64,000 nt of DNA, from positions 18,573-82,572 of the IMG/VR virus record IMGVR_UViG_3300020440_000010; one strand, 5' to 3'. The first letter of the stretch is position 1. The number at the start of each line of letters is the position of its first letter. Origin of the DNA: a virus. Taxonomy: Duplodnaviria > Caudoviricetes. Of the stretch, positions 17,370-27,806 are shown piece by piece. A program made the position numbers and the translations under genes. The notes under the pieces were generated by a model. It searched no databases and was not told the DNA's origin. It saw only the letters and a program-made list of their open reading frames with translations.

Positions 17370-17858
17370 ATGAAACCCGAAGTCAGAAAACTGGTGGAAA
17401 ATTTTCGCACCACAGCGAAAAACGTCCAAAATGAATTAAAAGAAAAAGGATTCATATTACCTGTTGCCCATAATGGAGGCATTAAGTATTATCATCTTTG
17501 GGTAAAGAAAAACAGTAAGTTTATGTATGATATAAGAAATCTGCATAATCCTAAACTGTTTTACTATCATAATATATGTAATCATAAATTGGCTATTGCT
17601 ATCATGATATACGAAGCATTGGGCAAGAAATTTAATGCAAAACACATATTAGACTTGGATGATGCATACGCACACCACTTACAAAATATTAAAATATATA
17701 AATACCATAGTAGATTAGCGTCTAAAAGTGGCAACGTAGACAGATCAGATATAATAGAATCTAGGTGCGATTACCACTATAATGCATTAGAACCACTGAA
17801 AACAGAGGTACGTGGCGTTCTAAACGAGGCTGAAAAACTTATGTTCGACAATAAATAA
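17370..17858 (+). CDS. Hypothetical protein
   Basis: 162-aa ORF in the late cluster. Confidence 0.6.
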   Translation: MKPEVRKLVENFRTTAKNVQNELKEKGFILPVAHNGGIKYYHLWVKKNSKFMYDIRNLHNPKLFYYHNICNHKLAIAIMIYEALGKKFNAKHILDLDDAYAHHLQNIKIYKYHSRLASKSGNVDRSDIIESRCDYHYNALEPLKTEVRGVLNEAEKLMFDNK

Positions 17859-17879
17859 CAATGTTATAGGGGATAGTAA

Positions 17880-19358
17880 ATGAAAACAACAGATTTTTTA
17901 AAAGAAGTTACAGTAGAGGATCTTAACAAGAAATTGTACAAAGAACACAATACTACTGTAGATCTTGCCAAATACAGCAAGGAACAACTAGAAGCATACA
18001 GCAAACGTATTGATGCTAAACTAACACAATTCGAAACTTCATCTAAGTTCAATGACAGTTTAACAAACGAGTCATATCAAAAGATGCAACTTATCAAGCA
18101 ACTTGTAGAAACTGCTATCAACCAATATATTGAAAATCCCCTAGAAGCAGTTGACGAAGAAGACTTGGGTGATGATGTATTAGAAGTAGAAGCAACTGAT
18201 CAAGATGTTGCATCAGACTTCGCAGAAGACGAAAAAGAAGAAGAACCTAAAGACGACGATGAAGAAGACGAAGACAAAAGTCCTAATAATGTTTCTTCAA
18301 TGGCTATTGCGGCACTAAGACAAATGTTAGATGATCCAAGCAAACTAGGATTGGCACGTAGAGCATTAATGAAAATTACTGATCATGAAAAATTAAACAC
18401 AATTACTCCACAAGAGTTAGATGCTATTCGTGGTCCATTAGAAAAATTCTTTGTACCTATTTTAGATAAAGGTATGCAAGGTATAACAAGAACAAAACCT
18501 GTGCTAAAAACTTTAGGTGGCGGTGAGTCAGTTGAAGAAGGTGCATACGAAGGTTATCACAAAATGCCTTTGAAAGCAGATGTAATGAAATGCATCAAAG
18601 ATGGTATGTCAGAAGCACAAGTTTGTGAAAAATATAAAAAATGCAATCCAAAGGAAATGAAACTTATGGCATCATCATGCATGAAAGAATACAAAAGCAA
18701 AAACGAATCAATCATACGTGAAGGTAAAATGCCATCTAAAGCACACGTTAAGAAAATGTGTAAGGATGGAAAGTCTGAAGCAGAAATGTTAAAAATGCAC
18801 CCAGATGCAGATAAAGGTAAATTAAAGGCAATGATCAAAGATTGCAAAAAAGAACTTAAAGAATCAATCATTAATGAAGGCGAAGAAGACAAAGCGGCAT
18901 TGGTAATGGCGGCCAAGGATATGGTAGATAGATTTACTTCATTCTTAGAAGACGTTGCTGAAATGAGTGCTGAAGGAATGCTTGAACTACAAGATCAAAT
19001 TAGAGAAGAACTAGGACAAGAACAAGCAGAACAGTTTGTTAATACAGTAGGGCCTGCACTTGAAGGTACTATAGAAAATTTAAAACAATCACGTGAAGCA
19101 CTTAATGGTGGTGTTGGTATTATTACTGGCGAAGGTGCACCCACAGATACAATTGGCGCTGAGGAACCTGCTCCTGAAGTAGATCCAGAAGCACCTGCTG
19201 AAGAGCCAATGGATGCTCCTGCAGATGACGAATTTGGTGCCAGCGACCCGGCAATGGGTGGAGACGAACCAATGGGCAGAGAAAAGCGTGAAAGTTATAC
19301 TCCAAACAAAAAAACTGTTACTGAGTCAGCAAGAATTTTCAGCACATTAAGTAAGTAA
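17880..19358 (+). CDS. Acidic coiled-coil protein, possible prohead core/scaffold
   Basis: Very E/D-rich, several (I/L)xE sites, Pro/Ala/Glu tail, internal duplicated module. Confidence 0.5.
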   Translation: MKTTDFLKEVTVEDLNKKLYKEHNTTVDLAKYSKEQLEAYSKRIDAKLTQFETSSKFNDSLTNESYQKMQLIKQLVETAINQYIENPLEAVDEEDLGDDVLEVEATDQDVASDFAEDEKEEEPKDDDEEDEDKSPNNVSSMAIAALRQMLDDPSKLGLARRALMKITDHEKLNTITPQELDAIRGPLEKFFVPILDKGMQGITRTKPVLKTLGGGESVEEGAYEGYHKMPLKADVMKCIKDGMSEAQVCEKYKKCNPKEMKLMASSCMKEYKSKNESIIREGKMPSKAHVKKMCKDGKSEAEMLKMHPDADKGKLKAMIKDCKKELKESIINEGEEDKAALVMAAKDMVDRFTSFLEDVAEMSAEGMLELQDQIREELGQEQAEQFVNTVGPALEGTIENLKQSREALNGGVGIITGEGAPTDTIGAEEPAPEVDPEAPAEEPMDAPADDEFGASDPAMGGDEPMGREKRESYTPNKKTVTESARIFSTLSK

Positions 19359-19367
19359 GGAGGCACT

Positions 19368-19715
19368 ATGCGTCTTTACGAACTCACCCAAAATGATTCA
19401 GTACAAGATTTAGTAATCCTTTTCCGTAATCAAATCAAGAGAGCAGATTCAGAAAATGCTTTCGTTAATCTAAATTGGAATGCAATATCGAATCTAATGC
19501 GAGACATGGGTCATGGACCTTTTGATTACAATACTTTCAAGACAGCATTTGATACAACTCCTGAACTAAAAACTATTGTTCAAAATTACAATGCTGATGG
19601 CGTTACTCTACGTACTAAAACAGATGCGCCTAAAGGTGATGGTGTTGATGCTGACGTGGCTCCTACCAAAACTATAGACAAGATGGCAAAAAGAGCCGCA
19701 GGTAAACGTTTATAA
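19368..19715 (+). CDS. Hypothetical protein
   Basis: AGGAGG SD. Confidence 0.7.
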   Translation: MRLYELTQNDSVQDLVILFRNQIKRADSENAFVNLNWNAISNLMRDMGHGPFDYNTFKTAFDTTPELKTIVQNYNADGVTLRTKTDAPKGDGVDADVAPTKTIDKMAKRAAGKRL

Positions 19716-19767
19716 TACTTGACTTTCAGTACCAAAACAAGTTATAATATATTTTTAAGGAATAATC

Positions 19768-20469
19768 ATGACTGATCAACAACCGCCTATTATTAATAAT
19801 AAATTTGAATACCATAAATTAAAGCAGATAAATGATCCTGTTTTGAAACAAAGGGTATATGAAACTCCAGACGGAGAAAAATTACCAAGTGTCACTACCA
19901 TTCTGGGCAAAACAAAAGACATGACACATTTAATAGAATGGAAAAAACGTGTAGGCGAACAAGAAGCACAAAGAATTGTTACTGAAGCATCTGGTGTTGG
20001 TACAGCCATGCACAACAATCTTGAAAAATTTGTTAAAGGCGAACAACGAATGCCAGGTAAAAATCTAGTTCATGTAAAAGCAAATGCAATGGCAGATAAA
20101 ATTATTGAAAATGCTTTAAACCACGTTGACGAAATATGGGGTGTTGAAACGCAACTTTATTTTCCTGGTTTATATTCAGGTACAACAGATCTAGTAGGAA
20201 TATACAAAGGACAACCTGCTGTAATGGACTTTAAGCAAACAAATAAACCTAAAAAGAAAGAATGGGTAGACGATTACTTCTTACAATTAACTGCTTATAT
20301 CCTAGCACATAACGAAGTGTATGGTACAGATATTAAACAAGGGCATATATTCATGTGTAGCAGAGACGAACAATATCAACAATTTGACCTTTGGCCCCAC
20401 GAATTTGATATGTGGACTACAGAATGGTGCAATCGTGTAGAGGACTACTACAAGAAATATCATAAATAG
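19768..20469 (+). CDS. PD-(D/E)XK exonuclease (Cas4/MGME1-like)
   Basis: LPSVTTIL, GTAMH, SGTTDLVG...MDFKQ, LQLTAY. Confidence 0.85.
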   Translation: MTDQQPPIINNKFEYHKLKQINDPVLKQRVYETPDGEKLPSVTTILGKTKDMTHLIEWKKRVGEQEAQRIVTEASGVGTAMHNNLEKFVKGEQRMPGKNLVHVKANAMADKIIENALNHVDEIWGVETQLYFPGLYSGTTDLVGIYKGQPAVMDFKQTNKPKKKEWVDDYFLQLTAYILAHNEVYGTDIKQGHIFMCSRDEQYQQFDLWPHEFDMWTTEWCNRVEDYYKKYHK

Positions 20470-20487
20470 TAGTAAGGAAGAATTAAA

Positions 20488-22140
20488 ATGGCAGTTGTAC
20501 AAATATCAAAAATTCAACATAGACGTGGTAAAGCAGGTAGCAGTGCTATTCCGCAATTAGCAAGTGCTGAACTTGGCTGGGCAATTGATACACAAAAGTT
20601 ATACATAGGTAACGGATCTGTATCAGAAGGAGCACCAGGTGTAGGCAACACAGAAATATTAACAGAAAAAAGCAATATTTTTGAATTACTATCAACATAT
20701 ACATACAAAGGTCCTACAGAAGTAGTAAAGCAGACAGGCGAATTTATTGCAGAACCTATCAAAAGAACACTACAACAAAGACTAGATGATATTGTAAGCA
20801 TTAAGAGTTTTGGTGCTAAAGGTGATGGTACTACTGACGATACAAAAGCATTACAAAGAGCAGTGGATCAACTTTTTATAAACACAGACAAAGCAGACGA
20901 AAGAACAAGAGTTGGCTTACATATAGATGCAGGCGAATACAAAATTACAGATACAATTTACATTCCACCATTTGCTACATTAATAGGAGATGGTAAAGGC
21001 AAAACTAAAATTAAATTATATACAAATCCAGACGACCTAAGTCCGACTGCTAGATCTATTTTACAAACTGTAGATGGTACCAGCACACCTGGAAATTATG
21101 TTAAGTATTCTAACATTCAAAATTCTACTAGACCAAAACACATAGTGATTAGAGGAATGACTCTCGAGGTAGACAGTGCTGTCACTGTGCATAATGCAAT
21201 TTTAAAAGCAGACTGCATGACTGAAAGTTTAATTGACAGTGTTGAATTTGTAAGCGACTGGGAAAAAGATGATGGATATGATGCAACAAAAAGTGGTATT
21301 GAATTTAGAGCCATTGGTGCAACAACAAGTGAAAATGTCATCATACAAAACAGTGAATTTAGAATGGTTAGTGTTGGTATCTACAGTGTCCAAGATGTTA
21401 GAACAATTACAGTTGCAGATTCTTATTTTGATTTTATGCAGGTTGGTATTGATTTAGCAAGAACTAGTACAGGAACAGGTAATCAGGCACTAGGTCCTAG
21501 ACACTTTATAGTTAAGAACAATAAATTTAACAGAATTATGGATTTTGGTTTTGCAGTACACAAACCTGTAAGTACTTTAGAACCAATTGGACATATTTCT
21601 AATGCAAATATATATTTAGATGTTGGAAACAACATGAATGGACAAGACAGTCCGCAGACAAGTGTAATTAAATTTGCAGGTCCATTGTGTGAAAGCATTG
21701 GAGATACATTTGAGAGAGAAAGTGAAATTAATAAATCTACTTTAATTTCTGTACCTTTCAAACCTTTGGTTGATGGTTATCATTATACCAAAGGAAAAGT
21801 TAATGAATTTACTCTTTCAGAAGTAGATGCATTAACAACTTTTTCTAAACTTCCATTTACGGATAAGAAAATTGCTTATGTTGATTACTTAATTGTTAAA
21901 ACAACAGGAAGTGCTACTACTAGACAAGGTAGATTAACAATTACTATTCAAGATAACACTAATATAAACGTCACAGACAACTTTAGTCACACTGGCAGTT
22001 CAGATGGTGGTGTCGAGTTTGGTGCTGTTCTAGATGATTTAGATTCTACAGCAGGCAGTGAAACAGTGAATATTCAATACAGAAATCTTATCGGTAACGG
22101 AGTAGGCACCTTAACATACGCAATTAGTTATTTTGCTTAA
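20488..22140 (+). CDS. Virion (baseplate/tail) protein with pectate-lyase-like beta-helix
   Basis: N-terminal QHRRG...ELGWAIDTQKLYIG; SIKSFGAKGDGTTDDTKALQRA. Confidence 0.7.
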   Translation: MAVVQISKIQHRRGKAGSSAIPQLASAELGWAIDTQKLYIGNGSVSEGAPGVGNTEILTEKSNIFELLSTYTYKGPTEVVKQTGEFIAEPIKRTLQQRLDDIVSIKSFGAKGDGTTDDTKALQRAVDQLFINTDKADERTRVGLHIDAGEYKITDTIYIPPFATLIGDGKGKTKIKLYTNPDDLSPTARSILQTVDGTSTPGNYVKYSNIQNSTRPKHIVIRGMTLEVDSAVTVHNAILKADCMTESLIDSVEFVSDWEKDDGYDATKSGIEFRAIGATTSENVIIQNSEFRMVSVGIYSVQDVRTITVADSYFDFMQVGIDLARTSTGTGNQALGPRHFIVKNNKFNRIMDFGFAVHKPVSTLEPIGHISNANIYLDVGNNMNGQDSPQTSVIKFAGPLCESIGDTFERESEINKSTLISVPFKPLVDGYHYTKGKVNEFTLSEVDALTTFSKLPFTDKKIAYVDYLIVKTTGSATTRQGRLTITIQDNTNINVTDNFSHTGSSDGGVEFGAVLDDLDSTAGSETVNIQYRNLIGNGVGTLTYAISYFA

Positions 22141-22553
22141 TGTTTCTTGAGACAACAGTCGAGCAACGTATTCTGGCATGGAGAAAATTTAGAGAAAGCC
22201 TAGAAACTTGTGATAACCCTTTGCAGGAAACTATGGACTTCTGGTTTCAAGCACCAAGGATTAACAGGCTACTAGACCCATGGGATTCTCAACGGTGGAA
22301 CACTCCATGGGAACTTTTAAAGGAAAACCGGTTTTGTCCCGTAGCAATACCCCTTATGATGGGATGGACACTGAAGTTAACTACAAAGTTTTCCAAAGCA
22401 AATATTTTGATAAAAAGTATTATAGACATATCGTCACAAAGATACTATAATCTATTATATGTTGATGACAATGTTTTAAACTACGGCAGTACAGTTGAAA
22501 AGGAATACAACCTACAGTCTAATCTTGTTTGTCAGTATCAAACCAGGATTTGA
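22140..22553 (+). CDS. Hypothetical protein
   Basis: Coupled ORF, Trp-rich. Confidence 0.6.
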   Translation: MFLETTVEQRILAWRKFRESLETCDNPLQETMDFWFQAPRINRLLDPWDSQRWNTPWELLKENRFCPVAIPLMMGWTLKLTTKFSKANILIKSIIDISSQRYYNLLYVDDNVLNYGSTVEKEYNLQSNLVCQYQTRI

Positions 22554-22600
22554 TAAAACAAGTAAATACTGAATACGAAATAGAAATAGGCAGGAGAGAA

Positions 22601-24973
22601 ATGAACAAAGAAATTTTAATCACAAAACGTAATGGAAAAAAAGAAAAGTTAAATCTTGATAAGATCCATTTCGTTGTTGAAGAGGCTTGCGATAGCCTTA
22701 GCGGAGTAAGTGCATCTCAAATAGAAATGAATGCAGATTTACAATTTTACAGTGGTATGACCACAGATGAAATACAGAACATTTTAATTAGAAGTGCTAA
22801 TGATTTAATATCATTAGAAAATCCTAATTACCAGTATGCGGCGGCACGTTTACTTTTATATGGACTACATAAAAAAGTTTACAATCGTTATGAGCACCTA
22901 AACTTTGTTACAATGATTAACAAGAACATCGACCGAGGAGTATATGATCCTGCTATTAAAGAAAACTATACTCAGATCGAACTTAAAAAGATGAACACTT
23001 GGATTAAGCATGAACGTAACGAAGACTTTACCTATGCTGGACTAAGACAAGTTGTAGACAAATATCTCTGCCAAGATCGTAGCACAGGTGAAATTTATGA
23101 AACTCCGCAATTCATGTATATGATGATTGCGGCAACATTATTTGCTAACTATCCAAAGGACACACGTATGAACTACGTGAAGAAATATTATGACGCGACC
23201 TCACTTTTTAAAATCAACATTCCAACCCCAGTCATGGCTGGCGTACGTACTCCAATTAGGCAGTTTGCTAGTTGCGTATTGGTTGATGTTGACGATACTC
23301 TGCCTAGCATTTTTAGTAGTAACTCCGCTATTGGTTATTATATCGCTCAGCGAGCCGGTATTGGCATTAATTCGGGCCGGGTACGAGCGATTAATTCAAA
23401 AATTAGGGGCGGTGAAGTAGCACACACAGGAGTTGTTCCCTTCTTGAAAGTATATGAATCTACTGTAAGAAGTTGTACACAAAATGGTGTACGTGGTGGT
23501 AGTGCTACTACCCATTTCCCACTATGGCATTATGAAATTGAAGACATCCTAGTTCTTAAAAATAACAAAGGTACAGATGACAATCGTGTACGTAAACTAG
23601 ACTATTCAATTCAACTTAACAAAACAATGTATGAAAGATTGTTGGCCGGCAAAGATATTACTCTTTTCTCACCACATGACGTGCCAGATCTTTACGAAGC
23701 ATTTTTTAATGATCAAGATAAATTTGCAAAACTTTACGATCAGTATGAACGTAAAACTAGCATAAGAAAGAAAACTATCAAAGCAATGGATTTGTTTGGT
23801 GCACTTTTAAAAGAACGTGCAGAAACAGGACGTATCTATATTATGAATGTAGACCATTGTAATACACATAGTTCATTTAAAGACACAGTATACATGAGTA
23901 ACCTGTGTCAAGAAATTACATTACCCACAAAACCAATTAACCATATAGATGATGAAAATGGAGAAATTGCACTTTGTATCCTTTCCGCAATTAATGTAGG
24001 TTTAATCAATAAAATTGATGACCTTGAGCCATTGTGTGATTTAGCAGTAAGAGCCTTAGATGAAATTATTGATTATCAAGGTTATCCTGTAAAGGCCGCT
24101 GAAATAAGCACAAAGGCAAGAAGATCGTTAGGTATAGGTTACATTGGTCTTGCACACTATCTTGCAAAGAATAAAGTAAAATATTCTGATAAGAAAGCAT
24201 GGAAATTAGTGCATGACCTTACAGAAGCATTTCAATACTATCTATTAGTTGCTTCTAATGAATTAGCAAAAGAGAAAGGAAAGTGTGATGCTTTTGACAA
24301 GACAAAATATGCAGATGGTCAGTTACCAATCGACCACTATAAAAAAGAACTTGATGAAGTTATCAACACTACATTAAAATATGATTGGGAGGATCTTAGG
24401 AAGGATATCGTTGCACACGGTCTACGGAACTCAACATTGTCTGCACAAATGCCATCGGAGAGCAGTTCCGTTGTGTCAAATGCAACAAACGGAGTTGAAC
24501 CACCTAGAGACTTCTTGTCCATTAAGAAAAGTAAAAAAGGGCCTCTTAAGCAGATTGTTCCACAATATAATCAATTGAAAAACTTTTATACTTTGTTATG
24601 GGATATGCCTAACAACGAAGGATATATTAATATTGTTGCGGCAATGCAAAAGTTCTTCGATCAAGCAATTAGTGGTAACTGGTCATACAATCCTTTACAC
24701 TTTGAAAACAATGAAGTACCATTAAGTGTAATGATGAAAGATATGTTGACAACCTACAAAATGGGTTGGAAGACAAGTTACTATCAAAACACTTATGACT
24801 TCAAAGGTGAAGAAGAAACCGTACAACCAGCAGGTTTGGAAGAAACTGTTATTGACAAATCTGTAAATGGTGTTAGTATAAACGGTACAAATGGGGACCA
24901 TGTAAACGGGTCCAACGGTGAAAAAGTACCAGCAGAGCAGGAAGATGAACACTGCGATGCGTGTGCAATTTAA
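22601..24973 (+). CDS. nrdA: Ribonucleotide reductase class Ia alpha subunit
   Basis: ATP cone (ITKRNGKKE), TPVMAG, FASCVL, SNLCQEI, C-terminal CDAC; AGGAG SD before 22601. Confidence 0.97.
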   Translation: MNKEILITKRNGKKEKLNLDKIHFVVEEACDSLSGVSASQIEMNADLQFYSGMTTDEIQNILIRSANDLISLENPNYQYAAARLLLYGLHKKVYNRYEHLNFVTMINKNIDRGVYDPAIKENYTQIELKKMNTWIKHERNEDFTYAGLRQVVDKYLCQDRSTGEIYETPQFMYMMIAATLFANYPKDTRMNYVKKYYDATSLFKINIPTPVMAGVRTPIRQFASCVLVDVDDTLPSIFSSNSAIGYYIAQRAGIGINSGRVRAINSKIRGGEVAHTGVVPFLKVYESTVRSCTQNGVRGGSATTHFPLWHYEIEDILVLKNNKGTDDNRVRKLDYSIQLNKTMYERLLAGKDITLFSPHDVPDLYEAFFNDQDKFAKLYDQYERKTSIRKKTIKAMDLFGALLKERAETGRIYIMNVDHCNTHSSFKDTVYMSNLCQEITLPTKPINHIDDENGEIALCILSAINVGLINKIDDLEPLCDLAVRALDEIIDYQGYPVKAAEISTKARRSLGIGYIGLAHYLAKNKVKYSDKKAWKLVHDLTEAFQYYLLVASNELAKEKGKCDAFDKTKYADGQLPIDHYKKELDEVINTTLKYDWEDLRKDIVAHGLRNSTLSAQMPSESSSVVSNATNGVEPPRDFLSIKKSKKGPLKQIVPQYNQLKNFYTLLWDMPNNEGYINIVAAMQKFFDQAISGNWSYNPLHFENNEVPLSVMMKDMLTTYKMGWKTSYYQNTYDFKGEEETVQPAGLEETVIDKSVNGVSINGTNGDHVNGSNGEKVPAEQEDEHCDACAI

Positions 24974-25005
24974 TAAGTAAAGAGAAAAGAGAAAGAGAAA
25001 TATTA

Positions 25006-26109
25006 ATGGGTAAGACTGTCTTTAATAGAAAGAACGTAGACTTTACAAAAGAATATATGTTTTTTGGTGCTGACCAAAACACACAAAGATATGATGTCTT
25101 TAAATATCCTGAGTTTGATAAGTTGAATCAAACTATGCTAGGATACTTCTGGAGACCAGAAGAAGTGTCTTTGCAAAAGGACAGAGGTGATTATGCAGAG
25201 TTTACTGACGAACAAAAGCATATCTTTACTAGTAATTTAAAATATCAAACACTACTTGATAGTGTGCAAGGACGCGGACCTTGTCTAGCATTTTTGCCAT
25301 ATTGTTCTAATCCAGAACTAGAATCTTGTATTGTATGTTGGGACTTCCAAGAAACTATTCACAGTAGATCTTATACACACATTGTTAAAAATGTATATCC
25401 AGATCCTGCGGAAGTGTTCGATACTATTTTAACTGATGAAAAAATTGTTGAACGTGCAAACAGTGTATGTAAACACTATGATAAATTTTATGATATCGCT
25501 AATGAATACTTTAACAAAGGCAAAGGTGACATCAAAGAAGTTAAGAAGCAATTATACAGAGCAATGATGACTGTTAATATGCTTGAAGGTTTACGTTTTT
25601 ATGTTTCATTTGCTTGTACATTTGCCTTTGGCGAACTTAAACACATGGAAGGTTCTGCAAAAATTATTTCACTTATTGCTCGTGACGAAGCAACACACTT
25701 GAATTTATCAACACACATTATTAAACATTGGATGAAGGGTGAAGATGATCCTGCTATGAAAAAAGTTGCCGCTGAACTTGAAGAAGAAGTTTATGATATG
25801 TGGCGTGAATGTGTTGATGAAGAAAAACGTTGGGCAGACTATCTGTTTAAAGATGGTTCAATGATTGGGTTAAATGCTAACCTACTTCATGCTTATGTTG
25901 AATTCATAGCAAACAAAAGATTAAAGGCTTTAGGTCTTAAACCTTTGTATGATCGTCCCCTTAATCAAAACCCTTTACCATGGACACAACACTGGTTAAG
26001 TAGTAGTGGATTACAAGTTGCTCCACAAGAAACAGAAGTTGAATCTTACATTGTTGGCGGAGTAAAACAAGACGTGGTAGAAGATACATTTAAGGACTTT
26101 AAACTATGA
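25006..26109 (+). CDS. nrdB: Ribonucleotide reductase class Ia beta subunit
   Basis: FWRPEEVSL, ETIHSRSY, EGLRFYVSF, RDEATH, APQETEVESY. Confidence 0.97.
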   Translation: MGKTVFNRKNVDFTKEYMFFGADQNTQRYDVFKYPEFDKLNQTMLGYFWRPEEVSLQKDRGDYAEFTDEQKHIFTSNLKYQTLLDSVQGRGPCLAFLPYCSNPELESCIVCWDFQETIHSRSYTHIVKNVYPDPAEVFDTILTDEKIVERANSVCKHYDKFYDIANEYFNKGKGDIKEVKKQLYRAMMTVNMLEGLRFYVSFACTFAFGELKHMEGSAKIISLIARDEATHLNLSTHIIKHWMKGEDDPAMKKVAAELEEEVYDMWRECVDEEKRWADYLFKDGSMIGLNANLLHAYVEFIANKRLKALGLKPLYDRPLNQNPLPWTQHWLSSSGLQVAPQETEVESYIVGGVKQDVVEDTFKDFKL

Positions 26110-26360
26110 TAGAAATATGGGGTAAACCTGCCTGCGGTTATTGTGATGCCGCAAAAAGATTATGCGAACAAAGAGGTTGGAAATTTACATACAAACAACT
26201 TGGTGTAGATTTTGACCGCGAAAAAGTAATGGAGGAGTTTCCAACTGCAAGAACTTTTCCACAAATCAAAGTATACGGAAAGCCTGTTGGGGGTTATCAA
26301 GAATTTGAAAAATATATTGATGACACTGGCTACAACGGAACTGGACACTCATTAGGATAA
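26106..26360 (+). CDS. grx: Glutaredoxin
   Basis: CGYC, TFPQI, GGY. Confidence 0.9.
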   Translation: MIEIWGKPACGYCDAAKRLCEQRGWKFTYKQLGVDFDREKVMEEFPTARTFPQIKVYGKPVGGYQEFEKYIDDTGYNGTGHSLG

Positions 26361-26361
26361 T

Positions 26362-26673
26362 ATGTTAATACAAGCACCCTACAAAGTAAATGATGTAATT
26401 AGTATCAAACTGCAAACAGGCGAAGAACTTGTTTGTAAACTAATTGAAGAAAGTAATACACACCTAAAAGTAAAGACTCCTCTTACACTAGTAATGAGTC
26501 AACAAGGTTTAGGTATGCAACAGTATATGTTTACTACTGATCCTGATCAGCCTGTAAATATTGCTAAAGATAAAGTAATTGTTGTTCAAAAAACACGTAA
26601 AGACTTCTCTGATACATTCACTGAAAAGACATCTGGACTAGTTACTGCTCCACCTAACTTACAAGTAAAATAA
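26362..26673 (+). CDS. Conserved T4-like hypothetical protein (Sm-like fold suspected)
   Basis: ISIKLQTGEELVCKL pattern. Confidence 0.55.
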   Translation: MLIQAPYKVNDVISIKLQTGEELVCKLIEESNTHLKVKTPLTLVMSQQGLGMQQYMFTTDPDQPVNIAKDKVIVVQKTRKDFSDTFTEKTSGLVTAPPNLQVK

Positions 26674-26681
26674 ATAACTTT

Positions 26682-26873
26682 ATGCACAGGTTTGTGATAA
26701 AGGATAAAGGAGTTCTGACAACTTATAATAAGTTCGAAGATATACCTATGAAATTTGATCATGTCATTGAATTTCATCCGTATACTCCACCAGAGCCACA
26801 TACCGAAGAACAGCATAAAGAAATAGAGCAATGGCCTAGTAAGTTGCAAGAATTAATTAAGAGGGAAAGATAA
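26682..26873 (+). CDS. Small conserved phage protein
   Basis: FEDIPMKFDHVIEF...PPEPHTEEQH; late promoter. Confidence 0.65.
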   Translation: MHRFVIKDKGVLTTYNKFEDIPMKFDHVIEFHPYTPPEPHTEEQHKEIEQWPSKLQELIKRER

Positions 26874-27160
26874 TGCCTGCCATTACACGTAAAGGCGATA
26901 AAGATGTAACACACTGTTCAACTCCTGTGAGAGAAGAACATAGTCCTGATGTCTATGCTAATAACATACCAATATCAAGACAGGGTGATAACAATGACAG
27001 TCATCTACTACCAGGCGTACCTTGTCCATCACATCAAGCACCTATAACAACAGGATCAACAACTGTGTTTATTAATAACAAAGGTTGTGGTAGAATAGGT
27101 GATGCAGTAACAGGTTGTACTAGTGTTGCTGAAGGTAGTGAAAACTGCTTCGCAGGTTAA
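26873..27160 (+). CDS. PAAR-domain spike tip protein (gp5.4-like)
   Basis: TRKGD..H, SRQGD...H...H..PITTGSTTVFINNKGCGRIGD. Confidence 0.9.
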   Translation: MPAITRKGDKDVTHCSTPVREEHSPDVYANNIPISRQGDNNDSHLLPGVPCPSHQAPITTGSTTVFINNKGCGRIGDAVTGCTSVAEGSENCFAG

Positions 27161-27273
27161 TCAACTAACAGTTTAGAAAAAAGGTACCATAAAGCCAGTA
27201 CCGTCAAAATGAATTTTAAAGGATCTTGTCCTTTGGGTTTGAGAGTAGGTTTGGAAAATTCATATGGATTCAT
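27157..27273 (-). CDS. 38-aa small TM protein (not in track)
   Basis: MNPYEFSKPTLKPKGQDPLKFILTVLALWYLFSKLLVD, coupled to the upstream ORF. Confidence 0.45.
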   Translation of the reverse strand: MNPYEFSKPTLKPKGQDPLKFILTVLALWYLFSKLLVD

Positions 27274-27455
27274 GCCCTAGACCAAGCCACTGGTTTGCCG
27301 TGTATATCAACTACTAGATCACCTGTGTCTTTGTACTGAGCAACCATGATGCCCTTTCCTTTTCCTGCTATGTATCTACAAGGCTTTATTTCTCTTTCAC
27401 CATGAAACCGTTTTATATGGTTTGTGATTATACCTCGCGTCTTTTTACCTGCCAT
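27270..27455 (-). CDS. Small basic hypothetical protein
   Basis: Coupled in a minus-strand operon. Confidence 0.6.
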   Translation of the reverse strand: MAGKKTRGIITNHIKRFHGEREIKPCRYIAGKGKGIMVAQYKDTGDLVVDIHGKPVAWSRA

Positions 27456-27601
27456 TATCTACCTTGTCCATTGTAAAATTTATGGTTTCGTTTTTTATGC
27501 TTATTCATACTACTAAACTTACAAGATTTTTTCTTACTAGACTGGCTAGTTTTCTTAGGAGTACGAACGTGTGCTACATAATTTTTTGCTAATTTTGCCA
27601 T
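27455..27601 (-). CDS. 48-aa very basic protein (not in track)
   Basis: MAKLAKNYVAHVRTPKKTSQSSKKKSCKFSSMNKHKKRNHKFYNGQGR; KKTS...SSMNK...Y.GQGR is typical of marine T4-like small proteins. Confidence 0.7.
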   Translation of the reverse strand: MAKLAKNYVAHVRTPKKTSQSSKKKSCKFSSMNKHKKRNHKFYNGQGR

Positions 27602-27602
27602 G

Positions 27603-27806
27603 TTATCTACCTAACTTTTTCTTTCTACCTATAGGGAGTGCTTGGGTCATTCTGAATTCGTGTCCTTTTTTACCTGTCCACTCTACTATAACTGATTTAC
27701 TTTTTGTACCGCTTTGATAGGATTTAACGGCTTTTTTAAAACTTATATCTTCTTTGGTTTCAGTCTTATCACCATCTATAAAGGTGAAAGTCCTCATCTT
27801 TGCCAT
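27603..27806 (-). CDS. Small basic hypothetical protein
   Basis: AGGAGG SD. Confidence 0.65.
   Translation of the reverse strand: MAKMRTFTFIDGDKTETKEDISFKKAVKSYQSGTKSKSVIVEWTGKKGHEFRMTQALPIGRKKKLGR

Noticed and set aside
22601-26109. Intron or intein in nrdA/nrdB
   Set aside because: Both ORFs are continuous and of normal length, with no intein or homing-endonuclease motifs.
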